NCBI GenBank assembly: GCA_021781415.1
Contig: JAJXWW010000084.1
Location: 14,234-78,233 of the forward strand
Source of the DNA: Planctomycetota bacterium
GTDB taxonomy: Bacteria > Planctomycetota > Planctomycetia > Gemmatales > Gemmataceae
DNA length: 64,000 nt
Direction: 5' to 3'
This document shows positions 8,752 through 18,030 of this stretch, piece by piece. Below the pieces are notes generated by a model, which was not told the origin of the DNA, did not search any database, and saw nothing but the letters and a program-made list of their open reading frames with translations. Position numbers and translations under genes: made by a program. Position 1 is the stretch's first letter. Each line of letters begins with the position of its first letter.

Positions 8752-11700
8752 GGATCGAGTTCCTCACAGATTAAACCGGCTTCCACGAAGCGGTTTCGCA
8801 AGCGCGGCAAGTCACAAACGGCGATGGTTCCGTCCGCGTTCGACCAGGCCAGGTATCGCCCCTGGAGGCTAAAAGCCGGTCGAAACGAAGGGATCGTCTC
8901 CATGCCGAGGATCAAACAAGGCGTCGGACGATCGCGGCGGCACAGGGCATAGCCACGCTCTTTCTCGCGCGGCGAACCGGGTCCGTAAACGATGAACAGC
9001 TTCGCCTCCGGCCCCAGACAGGCGGGAGAAGGTTCGAGTTCGGCCAGTCTCTGTCCCGAGGCGATGTCCACCAACGCGCCCTTGGCCACGCGGTTGTCGG
9101 TGCGCGCGGAGAGGTACCGTCCGGTCGGATCGAGAGCCAGCGTTCCGGTCATCGGCGTGCGCGTGGAATCGAGCGCCCAGCGTTCGCCGCCGGTGCGAGC
9201 ATCGTAAGCCTTGACGCGGCGGCGCTGGCTGTTCCCCTCTTGCATCGTTCCCTCGATCAGCAGCGTCGCGCCGTCGGAAGTCAGCGCGGCGTCGAGTAGA
9301 CGACTATTGAACTCGGTAATAGTAAAAAGAGGCTGCGACGGCTTGGGGCCGAGCAAATCGCGGACGCGGCACGCGCCGGGACGATTGGGGTCGCTTCCCG
9401 CCCCGCTCTCTTCTCGGAATAGCAAGAGGGCTTCGGACGAAGGGAAGGCCAGTAAGTTTCTCGATCCCATTGGTAGTTCCCAACGGGTGATTTTTCCGCA
9501 CTTGGCCGTCTCCCACAGAATCGCTTCCGTCTCGGCGGCGCAAACCAGGCGTTGACCATCGGGGCTGAAGGCGAGAGCGGCTTGGTCGGCGTGGCCGCGC
9601 GGCGCGGTCAACAAACGATGGAGTTTACCCCTTTCGAGATTCCAGAGGCCGATTGTTCCGTTGGGGGTCAGCGCGGCGACCTGTTTGCCGTCCGAGGAAA
9701 AGCAGAGTTGGGTGGCCCGACAGTTCAGCCCGCGCAGCGTTTGAATGCCGTGGTTCGCCTCCAGTTCCCATAGGGCGACTCGGGAAGGAGACTGACTGCC
9801 GACCGCCAAACGCAGAGAACCCGGAGCGAAAGCCAGCGACGTTACCACGCCCTGATTGTGCAGACCGAGAAGCTGTCGCCCGGTGGCAGCATCCCACACC
9901 AGCGTGGGACCGCGCCCTCCCGAAGCGAGCAGCGTGCCATCGCCGTTGAACGCCAAGGCGTAGACCTCGTGCTGCGCGCCGCGACAATGGGCCAACGGCA
10001 TGCGTTCCTTCGCGTCCCAGACGGTGAGCGAACGGGAGGCGTCGGCCGCTCCCAACCGCTTGCCGTTGGGAGAGAACGCCAACGTATGAATGGCCGAAGC
10101 GCTCATCTGGAAGGCCCCCAGCCGTTTGCCTTCGGGAACCGTCCACAGCGCGACGCTGCCTTGGTCGTCGCCGGCGGCGAGAAGATTCCCTCGGGGTGCC
10201 AGGGTTAGCGCCGTGGTTCGACGATCGAAACAAAACAGCGTCTCTCCCGTGGCGTTGCTCCAGACGACCGCGCTACCGCGTCCGTCCACCGTCACCGCCG
10301 CCGCTCCAACGTCACCGTGGCGCGACAGCGACAGCAGCGGGAATCCGAGGACATTCTTACGCGGCTCCACGATGACCTTCGGATCGGGAGACGGCTTCAA
10401 CGCGATCTCGCGGACGAGTTTTTGTTCGCTCAAGTTCCACAACATCAGCGAGCGTCCATCGCGTGCCGTCAACTGCAACGGCGCGCCATTGCGATCGAAG
10501 GCGACTGGCCCCGCCCCGGCTCGCCACGACACGGTCACGCGCTCGGAGTCGACCTCCCAAAGTTTGGCCCCCTCCGATTTGCGACCGTTGCTATCGTTTT
10601 TTCCGCCGAGCAAAAGCGAACCACCGTCGCTGGAAAACGCGGACCACGAAGCGCTCACCCATTCGCGCGATTTTCCCGGCCGCGCGTCGAGGTCGGAGCT
10701 GGCGGCGGCGGCCAGGCTGCGCAGCGGCGCATCGTTGCGGAGTCGGGCGGCTTCCCCGATCAAGCTCCACGCCTGTTCCGACCATCCATCGAGCCGTTCG
10801 CCGGCTCGGACCAGTTGCAACTGTTGCAGCAACCCCTCGCGGCGCTGGCTGCGCTCGCGCGCCGTGCTGAACAAGGCCAACAAGACGGAGGCCACCAGAA
10901 CCGTAAGGGCCAAGGCCACGGCCATCGCCGTCAATCCCGCCTGAGCCGGGCGACGGCGACACCAACGGATGACTCGCTCCGCGCGCCCGACGGGCCGGGC
11001 GCGAATCGGTTCGCCCTTGAGAAAGCGTTCCAGATCGTCGGCCAAATCGCCCGCACTGGCATAGCGTTGGTTCGGCGAGCGAGACAACGCTTTCAGACAG
11101 ATCGTTTCCAGATCGCGCGGCACTTTGGGCAGCAATTGCGAGGGAGGTACCGGTTCGCTCCGCCGGACCTGTTCCAAAATGTCGAGCAACGAGTCGCCCT
11201 GAAACGGAGGCCGACCCGTGAGCATTTCGTAAAGAATCGCCCCCAGGGCATAAATGTCCGTGGCGGGACCAACCTCGCGCGATTTGCCCGCGGCTTGTTC
11301 CGGTGCCATGTAACTCGGCGTGCCGACCACCGCGCCCGAGCGCGAGAGACTCGATTCGTTCTCCAGAAGTTTGGCCAAACCGAAGTCGGTAATCTTGGCC
11401 ACATATGCGCCCAGACGCGGAAGCGTTCCCGAACCTTTTTTGGGACGGGGCGGACCCTCGCGTTCGGAAGGCGCGATGTGGAGGAGAATGTTGTCCGGCT
11501 TAAGATCGCGGTGAACGACGCCTTGTCGATGAGCGTAATCCATCGCCCGCGCCAACGAGACGACCAATTCCGCCGACTGAAGCGGCGATTGGGGTTTGCC
11601 CCGCAGCCAAAGGCCCAGACTGCCGCCTTCGACGTACTCCATCACCAGATAAGGTACGCCATCCCGCTCGCCGATCTCATACACCTGTGCGATGTTGGCG

Positions 11701-12269
11701 TGTTGGAGGCGCGCCGTCGCCTCGGCCTCGGTGCGAAAGCGCGAGCGACGGGCGGAATCGGCGTGCGTCGCCGTGTGGAGGAGTTTCAAAGCGACCGTGC
11801 GTTTGAGCCTTTGCTGCCGCGCTTTGAACACCGTTCCCATGCCGCCATGGCCAAGTTCGCTCAGGATGTCGAACCCTTCGATGACGGGCCAATCCCGCCG
11901 TCGCGGCAAGAATCGGCCTAGGGGTGGCAACGAGTTTCGCTCCGAGGAGGAAGCAGCGAGGCGCGTCTGGCCATCCGTCGAAAGGACGGCAAGGAGATCC
12001 TTCTCGACCGAATCCAATTCGGGATATATCCGCACATACTCGTCCCACGAGCATTTTTCTCCCGCTTTAAGTCTCCGTTCGAGATCGATTTTGGCTAGTT
12101 CGCGCAACAGGACCGAGCGTCGTTCTCCCGTTTCCGCGCCGAGGTAATCGACGATGCGGGGAGAAGCGCCGTTCTTCCACGCCGTCTCGAAGCGATCGGC
12201 AACGGAATCGACCCACTCCAAGAGAGAAGTAAGCTCGGCACGATCCAGCGAGGGCGCTATTGCATTCAT
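8748..12269 (-). CDS. Ser/Thr protein kinase with TM segment and C-terminal WD40 repeats
   Basis: HRDLKPDNILL, DFGLAK and SYMAPE kinase motifs. TM helix after the kinase domain, then many WD40-like blades. ATG 12269 has GGAG upstream (track start is GTG 12284). Confidence 0.92.
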   Translation of the reverse strand: MNAIAPSLDRAELTSLLEWVDSVADRFETAWKNGASPRIVDYLGAETGERRSVLLRELAKIDLERRLKAGEKCSWDEYVRIYPELDSVEKDLLAVLSTDGQTRLAASSSERNSLPPLGRFLPRRRDWPVIEGFDILSELGHGGMGTVFKARQQRLKRTVALKLLHTATHADSARRSRFRTEAEATARLQHANIAQVYEIGERDGVPYLVMEYVEGGSLGLWLRGKPQSPLQSAELVVSLARAMDYAHRQGVVHRDLKPDNILLHIAPSEREGPPRPKKGSGTLPRLGAYVAKITDFGLAKLLENESSLSRSGAVVGTPSYMAPEQAAGKSREVGPATDIYALGAILYEMLTGRPPFQGDSLLDILEQVRRSEPVPPSQLLPKVPRDLETICLKALSRSPNQRYASAGDLADDLERFLKGEPIRARPVGRAERVIRWCRRRPAQAGLTAMAVALALTVLVASVLLALFSTARERSQRREGLLQQLQLVRAGERLDGWSEQAWSLIGEAARLRNDAPLRSLAAAASSDLDARPGKSREWVSASWSAFSSDGGSLLLGGKNDSNGRKSEGAKLWEVDSERVTVSWRAGAGPVAFDRNGAPLQLTARDGRSLMLWNLSEQKLVREIALKPSPDPKVIVEPRKNVLGFPLLSLSRHGDVGAAAVTVDGRGSAVVWSNATGETLFCFDRRTTALTLAPRGNLLAAGDDQGSVALWTVPEGKRLGAFQMSASAIHTLAFSPNGKRLGAADASRSLTVWDAKERMPLAHCRGAQHEVYALAFNGDGTLLASGGRGPTLVWDAATGRQLLGLHNQGVVTSLAFAPGSLRLAVGSQSPSRVALWELEANHGIQTLRGLNCRATQLCFSSDGKQVAALTPNGTIGLWNLERGKLHRLLTAPRGHADQAALAFSPDGQRLVCAAETEAILWETAKCGKITRWELPMGSRNLLAFPSSEALLLFREESGAGSDPNRPGACRVRDLLGPKPSQPLFTITEFNSRLLDAALTSDGATLLIEGTMQEGNSQRRRVKAYDARTGGERWALDSTRTPMTGTLALDPTGRYLSARTDNRVAKGALVDIASGQRLAELEPSPACLGPEAKLFIVYGPGSPREKERGYALCRRDRPTPCLILGMETIPSFRPAFSLQGRYLAWSNADGTIAVCDLPRLRNRFVEAGLICEELDP

Positions 12270-12384
12270 AATCGCTCCATCCACCGCTCACCCTTTCGCC
12301 TAAGCCGACTCCATCGAAGTCCGCGGCGCAAGCAGGGGTGTCTTTAGAAACAGAATCAACTTATCCGGGAATCGGGCGACAATT

Positions 12385-13029
12385 TTAATCGTTGGGAAGT
12401 TCGCGGCTCAGATCGTTCTCGGCCTGTCGCCGCCAGTTCGCCTGGATCAAGGCCATCTTGCGATCGACGGTTCGCTCCGTACAGTCCAAGCGAGCCGCAA
12501 TCTCTTGGTAGGTCAACCCCGACAGGTGCAGTTCGGCAATCTCGCGCAGATGAGCCGGTAAGGCCTGGACGTAGTGATCGTAGCAATCGTTCAACAGCGA
12601 AGTTTCCAGCGGGGTCAATTCGGGAGATTCGATCTGCTCCATTCCGCGCGGCGTCTCTGGGCCGTCGCGGTTCGCCAGGAGAAATACCGATTCCCCTTTC
12701 ACCTGTCCCGCGCCCCGTTTCCTCACGCCCAACTCGTGCTTGATCTGATTGACGGCTTGGCAGGCGGTGATGTGGCTGAGCAGTGCGAGCAATTCGTGTC
12801 GATTGACCAGATGGGGGAAGGCTCCGGCGCGGATGCTCTTGCAAAACTGCCAAAACGCCTGTTGAGCCACGTCTTCTTCGTCGGTGGCGCGGCGCGGAGC
12901 GCCTCCCAACTTGCGCCGCGCCAAATCGACCAAGAACGGCCAATAGCGCGCGTGCAACTTCCCCAGGGCCGACTCTTCGTCGTCCTTAAGTTGCTGAATC
13001 CAAACGCTAACAGAACCCTTGCCGGACAT
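12385..13029 (-). CDS. ECF-type RNA polymerase sigma factor (kinase-associated type)
   Basis: Region-2-like ESALGKLHARYWPFLVDLARRKL and region-4 HTH LSGLTYQEIAARLDCTERTVDRK. Lies immediately upstream of the STK gene. Start uncertain (13029, 13077 or 13116). Confidence 0.85.
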   Translation of the reverse strand: MSGKGSVSVWIQQLKDDEESALGKLHARYWPFLVDLARRKLGGAPRRATDEEDVAQQAFWQFCKSIRAGAFPHLVNRHELLALLSHITACQAVNQIKHELGVRKRGAGQVKGESVFLLANRDGPETPRGMEQIESPELTPLETSLLNDCYDHYVQALPAHLREIAELHLSGLTYQEIAARLDCTERTVDRKMALIQANWRRQAENDLSRELPND

Positions 13030-13346
13030 GCGCTCCGCAACCTCGAGTCTCGATAGGAACAAGCCGCATTCGCCCATCTTGGCTTGCGGGATGGAGATGA
13101 CCCATCCCGATTGCACATTTATTGATAGTAACGATCTGCCTTCGAGAAGGGAACGGAGGCCGATGGAAGCGGCATTTTAGTCTTCTTCTATTCTTCATAT
13201 CGTTGAGTCGAAAAGTATCTTGAAAAAAATGTCGTACTCCGCGCTCGGTTGTTGATTCTCTTGGTGAGGACACGGCGAGCGTTGACGCAGCGCTCGATAT
13301 TTTACGAGAGCCGAATCGCTCGGCGGTTCGCAAACGCGGAGGCGAG

Positions 13347-14216
13347 ATGAAGCGGAAGCAGACAGAGAGATCGAGAGCGCGCGCATTTACGTTGATCGAA
13401 TTGCTAGTCGTCATCGCCATCATCGCCATCTTGTTGGGATTACTCTTGCCGGCGGTTCAGAAGGTGCGCGAGGCGGCGGCTCGGTCGCAATGCGGCAACA
13501 ATCTCAAACAGATCGGTCTGGCGTTCCACAATCATCACGACGTCATGGGCTGCTTTCCGACGGGCGGCTGGGCGGGGGTCTACCCGCCGAACTACATCAA
13601 CGGAAGTCCGGCTGTGGGAAGCTCGCAACAGGCCGGCTGGGCCTTTCAAATCTTGCCCTATGTCGAGGGCACGAATACCTGGAAGGCCGGAGCGCTGACC
13701 GCCGTAGGTACGACCAACAAGCTCTATTTCTGCCCGTCGCGACGCGGACCTCAGGTCGTTACCACACCGGACGCCTACATTCCTTCCTTGACCGGCACCA
13801 CCGTTGCTCACGCCCTATGCGACTACGCCGCCAGCAACAAAGAAGGAACCGGCGTCGTCAAGCGGTTCTACACCACGACGATGGCCAATATCACCGACGG
13901 CACATCAAACACCTTGCTCGTCGCCGACAAGCGTCTCAACCTGCATTTTCTTGGACTTGGCGCAGGCGACGACAATCAGGGTTACACGGCGGGATGGAAC
14001 AACGACACCATCCGGAAAACTACCCGCCGACCGCAGCCCGACTACAACGCGCCGACGGGAGACGGTGCGGGACTGTTCGGTTCGTCTCACGTCGGCGGCA
14101 TCAACGCCTTGCTCGCCGATGGTTCGGTTCGCGTCATTACCTATGCCATCGGCAAACAGACCTTTCAACTCGTCGGCAACGAAAGCGACGGCTTGCCCCT
14201 GCCCTCCGATTGGTAG
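13347..14216 (+). CDS. DUF1559 protein (prepilin-type N-terminus, H-X9-DG)
   Basis: [33 protein letters not shown]-terminus. C-terminal [25 protein letters not shown] before ATG 13347. Confidence 0.9.
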   Translation: MKRKQTERSRARAFTLIELLVVIAIIAILLGLLLPAVQKVREAAARSQCGNNLKQIGLAFHNHHDVMGCFPTGGWAGVYPPNYINGSPAVGSSQQAGWAFQILPYVEGTNTWKAGALTAVGTTNKLYFCPSRRGPQVVTTPDAYIPSLTGTTVAHALCDYAASNKEGTGVVKRFYTTTMANITDGTSNTLLVADKRLNLHFLGLGAGDDNQGYTAGWNNDTIRKTTRRPQPDYNAPTGDGAGLFGSSHVGGINALLADGSVRVITYAIGKQTFQLVGNESDGLPLPSDW

Positions 14217-14289
14217 TGCGTAAGTTGGTACGTTCGATTCCGCCTCACGAATCGTGAAGCATGACTATTGACGACGAGGATTGAACCGA

Positions 14290-15588
14290 ATGAACGCTAC
14301 ACCCTACTTCTCTCCGACGCGAGCGGGGGCGACGGCGGGAGCGCATCGCATCGCTCCGCCGCCGCGGAAACGGCGCGTGGCCTTGTATTCCCACGACACC
14401 ATGGGCATCGGCCACATGCGGCGCAACCTCCGCATCGCCCAAGCGTTGTCGTCCGGGCCGGATCCGTTGGTGATTCTGCTTATCGCCGGGGCGCGCGAGA
14501 TCCATGCCTTCGGAATTCCCGACGGCGCGGACTACCTCAGTTTGCCGGCGTTGCACAAAGCCGGCAACGGCGACTATCAGTCGCGGCATCTGGACATCTC
14601 CATCGCCGAAATGGCGGAACTGCGCGGTCAATCGATCGCCGCCGCACTCGAGGCATTCGCCCCAGACGTGTTCGTCGTGGACAAAGTGCCGCGCGGCGCG
14701 GTCAACGAGTTGGATCGCGCCTTGGCCATGTTGACCCGCAAAGGCGAAACGCGCTGCGTGTTGGGATTGCGCGACGTTCTCGACGATCCCGACGTGGTGC
14801 GCCGCGAATGGGAAGCGTTCGACGGCGACGCGACGTTGCGCTCCCATTACGACGCCGTCTGGATCTACGGCGATCCGGCCGTGTACGACGCCACGAACGA
14901 GTACGATTTTTCTCCGGAGGTTGCGGCCAAGGTGGTCTTTACCGGCTATCTCGATCAACGGCGCGCCCAGCGCGATTCGGAGAAAGATACCAAACTCGAT
15001 ACCGTCGTCGATTCCAAAGATCGCCTTTATCTCTGCACGGTCGGCGGCGGACAAGACGGAGCTCGTCTGGCCGACGCTTTTGCCCATACCGTTTTCCCCA
15101 AAGGCGCGACCGGCGTATTGCTCGCCGGCCCGTTCATGCCGGCGCAGACGCGGGAGCGCATCGAACGTTCGGCGGCGAACAATCCGCGTCTGAAAGTTCT
15201 GCCGTTCGTCAACGACTCCGAACGCTGGCTGGAACGCGCCGATCGCATCGTCGCCATGGGCGGGTACAACACGGTCTGCGAAGCGTTGTCGTTCGACAAG
15301 TCCACGCTGATTGTGCCGCGCGTCGAGCCGCGCCGCGAACAGCTGATTCGCGCCGAACGGCTCCGCGACTTGGGGTTGATCGATCTGATGCACCCCGCGG
15401 AGCTGACTCCTCAATCGCTCGGTCAATGGCTGGCGGGCGACATGCCGCCGCGCATCCCCTCGCGGCAGCGCATCGACCTCAACGGGTTGGAGCGTCTGCC
15501 ATTCTTGCTTCACGATCTTCTCCATCCTTCCACGGCGCGAACGGCTCGTCCTCGCGCGGACAAGAGGTGCCACTGTGTCCCCATTTAA
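14290..15588 (+). CDS. glycosyltransferase (MurG/GT28-like C-terminal domain; COG4671-type)
   Basis: YSHDTMGIGHMRRNLRIAQAL N-terminal motif. C-terminal AMGGYNTVCEAL is typical of this predicted GT family. Confidence 0.75.
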   Translation: MNATPYFSPTRAGATAGAHRIAPPPRKRRVALYSHDTMGIGHMRRNLRIAQALSSGPDPLVILLIAGAREIHAFGIPDGADYLSLPALHKAGNGDYQSRHLDISIAEMAELRGQSIAAALEAFAPDVFVVDKVPRGAVNELDRALAMLTRKGETRCVLGLRDVLDDPDVVRREWEAFDGDATLRSHYDAVWIYGDPAVYDATNEYDFSPEVAAKVVFTGYLDQRRAQRDSEKDTKLDTVVDSKDRLYLCTVGGGQDGARLADAFAHTVFPKGATGVLLAGPFMPAQTRERIERSAANNPRLKVLPFVNDSERWLERADRIVAMGGYNTVCEALSFDKSTLIVPRVEPRREQLIRAERLRDLGLIDLMHPAELTPQSLGQWLAGDMPPRIPSRQRIDLNGLERLPFLLHDLLHPSTARTARPRADKRCHCVPI

Positions 15589-16846
15589 TGATTTTCGGGT
15601 CGGTTATGTCGTCAAACGCTATCCGCGCTATTCGGAGACGTTCGTGGTCCGCGAGATCTTGGCCCACGAGCGCGCGGGACTGGACATCGAGATTTTCTCG
15701 CTCCGTCCTTGCAACGACGGTCATTTTCAAGATCTGATCGCGCGGGTGCGCGGGCGCGTCAACTACTTGTATTTTCCCTCGGAAGGATCGATGCCAGAGG
15801 CGCTGTCCTCGTCGACGATCTTGGCATCCCATCTGTGGAGCGCCATCCGCCAGGCCGCCGAGTTCTTACCGAACGTATGGTCGGCGCTGGACGAGGCGCG
15901 CGACGAAAAGGCCCGCGACATCTATCAGGCGTTGGCCTTGGCGGTCGAGATCCAGCGTAAGAATATCGCGCATTTGCACGCGCCGTTTGCCAGCGACTGT
16001 TGCACGATCGCCCGCTTGGCGGCGCGCTTCGCCGGCATCACTTACAGCTTCACTGCCCGCGCGAAAGATATTTTTCATCGCAGCGTTCGATCCGACGATC
16101 TGCGCCGCAAGCTGCGCGACGCCGCCGGCGTGGCCACGATCAGCAACTATCATCTGAACTACCTTCGGCAAACCTACGGCCCGTTGGCCAAGCATGTGAT
16201 GCACGTTTACAACGGCCTGGATCTCAACGAATTTCTCTACCGTTCGCCGGAAGATCGGCCTCCGGTCGTGTTGGCCGTCGGACGTTTGGTCGAGAAGAAA
16301 GGGTTCGCCGATCTGGTGGATGCCTGCGTTCTGTTGGCCCAGCGCGGACGCGATTTCCAGTGCCGCATCGTCGGCGCGGGTTCCGGTCGAGCCGAGTTAC
16401 AGGCGCGCATCGACCAGCACGATTTGGGAGATCGCGTCGAACTGGTCGGCCCCCTGCCGCAAAACGAAGTCGCTCGACTGATGCACTCTTCGGCGGTTTT
16501 GGCCATGCCCTGCATCGTTGCCGAAGATGGCGACGCCGACGGCTTACCCAACGTCATCCAAGAAGCGCTGGCGCTGGGAACGCCGGTCGTCACCACCGAC
16601 GTAACGGGAATCCCCGAAGTGGTACGCCATGAACAAACGGGATTGCAAGTACCGCAACGCGATCCGACGGCGTTGGCGGAGGCGCTCGACCGCCTCCTGA
16701 TCGACGCGGACCTGCGCGTGAGCTTGGCCGAACGGGCTCGACAACTCATCGACTCCGAGTTCAACATTCATCGCAACACCGAACGGCGGCGCGCCATGTT
16801 CCGTGCCGCCGTCCACGGCTGCCACACGATGCAGGAGGTCGGATAA
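15575..16846 (+). CDS. glycosyltransferase family 4
   Basis: GTG 15575 has AAGAGG upstream and overlaps the previous gene by 14 nt. VGRLVEKKGF and the EDGDADGLPNVIQEALALGTPVVTTDVTGIPE (EX7E-type) motif. Confidence 0.85.
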   Translation: MSPFNDFRVGYVVKRYPRYSETFVVREILAHERAGLDIEIFSLRPCNDGHFQDLIARVRGRVNYLYFPSEGSMPEALSSSTILASHLWSAIRQAAEFLPNVWSALDEARDEKARDIYQALALAVEIQRKNIAHLHAPFASDCCTIARLAARFAGITYSFTARAKDIFHRSVRSDDLRRKLRDAAGVATISNYHLNYLRQTYGPLAKHVMHVYNGLDLNEFLYRSPEDRPPVVLAVGRLVEKKGFADLVDACVLLAQRGRDFQCRIVGAGSGRAELQARIDQHDLGDRVELVGPLPQNEVARLMHSSAVLAMPCIVAEDGDADGLPNVIQEALALGTPVVTTDVTGIPEVVRHEQTGLQVPQRDPTALAEALDRLLIDADLRVSLAERARQLIDSEFNIHRNTERRRAMFRAAVHGCHTMQEVG

Positions 16847-18030
16847 TGCGGATCGCTTATATCTGCGCCGATCCAGGCGTGCCGGTTTTCGGCACCAAAG
16901 GCTGTTCCATCCATGTACAAGAAGTGATCCGATGCCTGTATCAAATGGGCCACGAGGTCGATTTGTTCACGCCGCGCTGGGAAGGCACGCGTCCTACCGG
17001 ACTCGAATCCGTTCGCATCCAGCGGCTGCCGCTGTCGGACTCCTGGGAGGCCGCCGCTCGGGAGCAAGCCTCCCTCGCTTGCAACGCCTCGCTCCGCTCC
17101 GCGCTCGAAGTCCTTGGCCCCTTCGACTTGGTGTACGAGCGCTACTCGCTGTGGAGCTACGCCGCCATGGAATTCGCGCGAACGGAGGGGATACCGAGTG
17201 TGCTGGAAGTCAACGCCCCATTGATCGACGAACAGGCCAAGCATCGTACTTTGGTCGATCGTCCCAGCGCCGAGGAAGTGGCCCGCCGCGTTTTTGAATC
17301 GGCGTCGGTTCTCGTCGCCGTCTCGGAGGAAGTGTCGGCGTACTTGAGGCGATTTTCCACCGCCGCCGATCGCGTCCACGTCGTTCCCAATGGCGTAAAC
17401 ACCGAGCGCTTTCGACCGGGGTTGTATCCACTCTTGCCGCGCGATCCCGCGACGTTCACCATCGGATTCGTTGGATCGCTCAAACCGTGGCACGGACTGT
17501 CGGTATTGGTCGAGGCGTTCGCCTTGCTTCAGGCGGCCTATCCCCACGTTCGGCTCGTGATTGTAGGCGAGGGACCGGAACGAGCGCGCGTTCTGGAAGT
17601 TTTGGATGCCCGAGGCTTGTCGGGAACCTACCATCTCACCGGCGCAATTCCGCCGGATGAAGTGCCGTGCATGTTGGCGAGTTTCGATGCCGCCGTCGCG
17701 CCCTATACGGATGGCGAAGGGTTTTATTTCTCGCCGCTGAAAGTCTACGAATACATGGCCGCCGGTTTGCCGGTCGTCGCCAGCCGCCTCGGTCAGTTGA
17801 CGCAACTGATCCAAGACGGCGTCAATGGCCTTCTCTGCCCGGCGGGAGACGCTCCGGCTCTGGCCGCCTCATTGGCAAGGTTGCACGACGAGAGAGACTT
17901 CCGTCGCCGCCTCAGCGATCGAGCGCGCCGTTCCGTGCTGGAACATTGCACTTGGAGTTCGACGGTGCGCCGGATTCTTGCCTTGGCGGAAGCGGCGGTG
18001 GCGAACGATCTTCAACTCGAGAGTCGATAA
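16846..18030 (+). CDS. glycosyltransferase family 4
   Basis: TAATG overlap with the upstream gene and a GGAGG SD. FVGSLKPWHGL and the FSPLKVYEYMAAGLPVVASRLG motif. Confidence 0.85.
   Translation: MRIAYICADPGVPVFGTKGCSIHVQEVIRCLYQMGHEVDLFTPRWEGTRPTGLESVRIQRLPLSDSWEAAAREQASLACNASLRSALEVLGPFDLVYERYSLWSYAAMEFARTEGIPSVLEVNAPLIDEQAKHRTLVDRPSAEEVARRVFESASVLVAVSEEVSAYLRRFSTAADRVHVVPNGVNTERFRPGLYPLLPRDPATFTIGFVGSLKPWHGLSVLVEAFALLQAAYPHVRLVIVGEGPERARVLEVLDARGLSGTYHLTGAIPPDEVPCMLASFDAAVAPYTDGEGFYFSPLKVYEYMAAGLPVVASRLGQLTQLIQDGVNGLLCPAGDAPALAASLARLHDERDFRRRLSDRARRSVLEHCTWSSTVRRILALAEAAVANDLQLESR

Noticed and set aside
17667-18029. 5' extension of the ABC transporter ORF
   Set aside because: It overlaps the 3' third of the GT4 gene in another frame. 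ATG 18030 forms a TAATG junction, and the sequence from MAKNTT onward is the typical ABC-exporter N-terminus.
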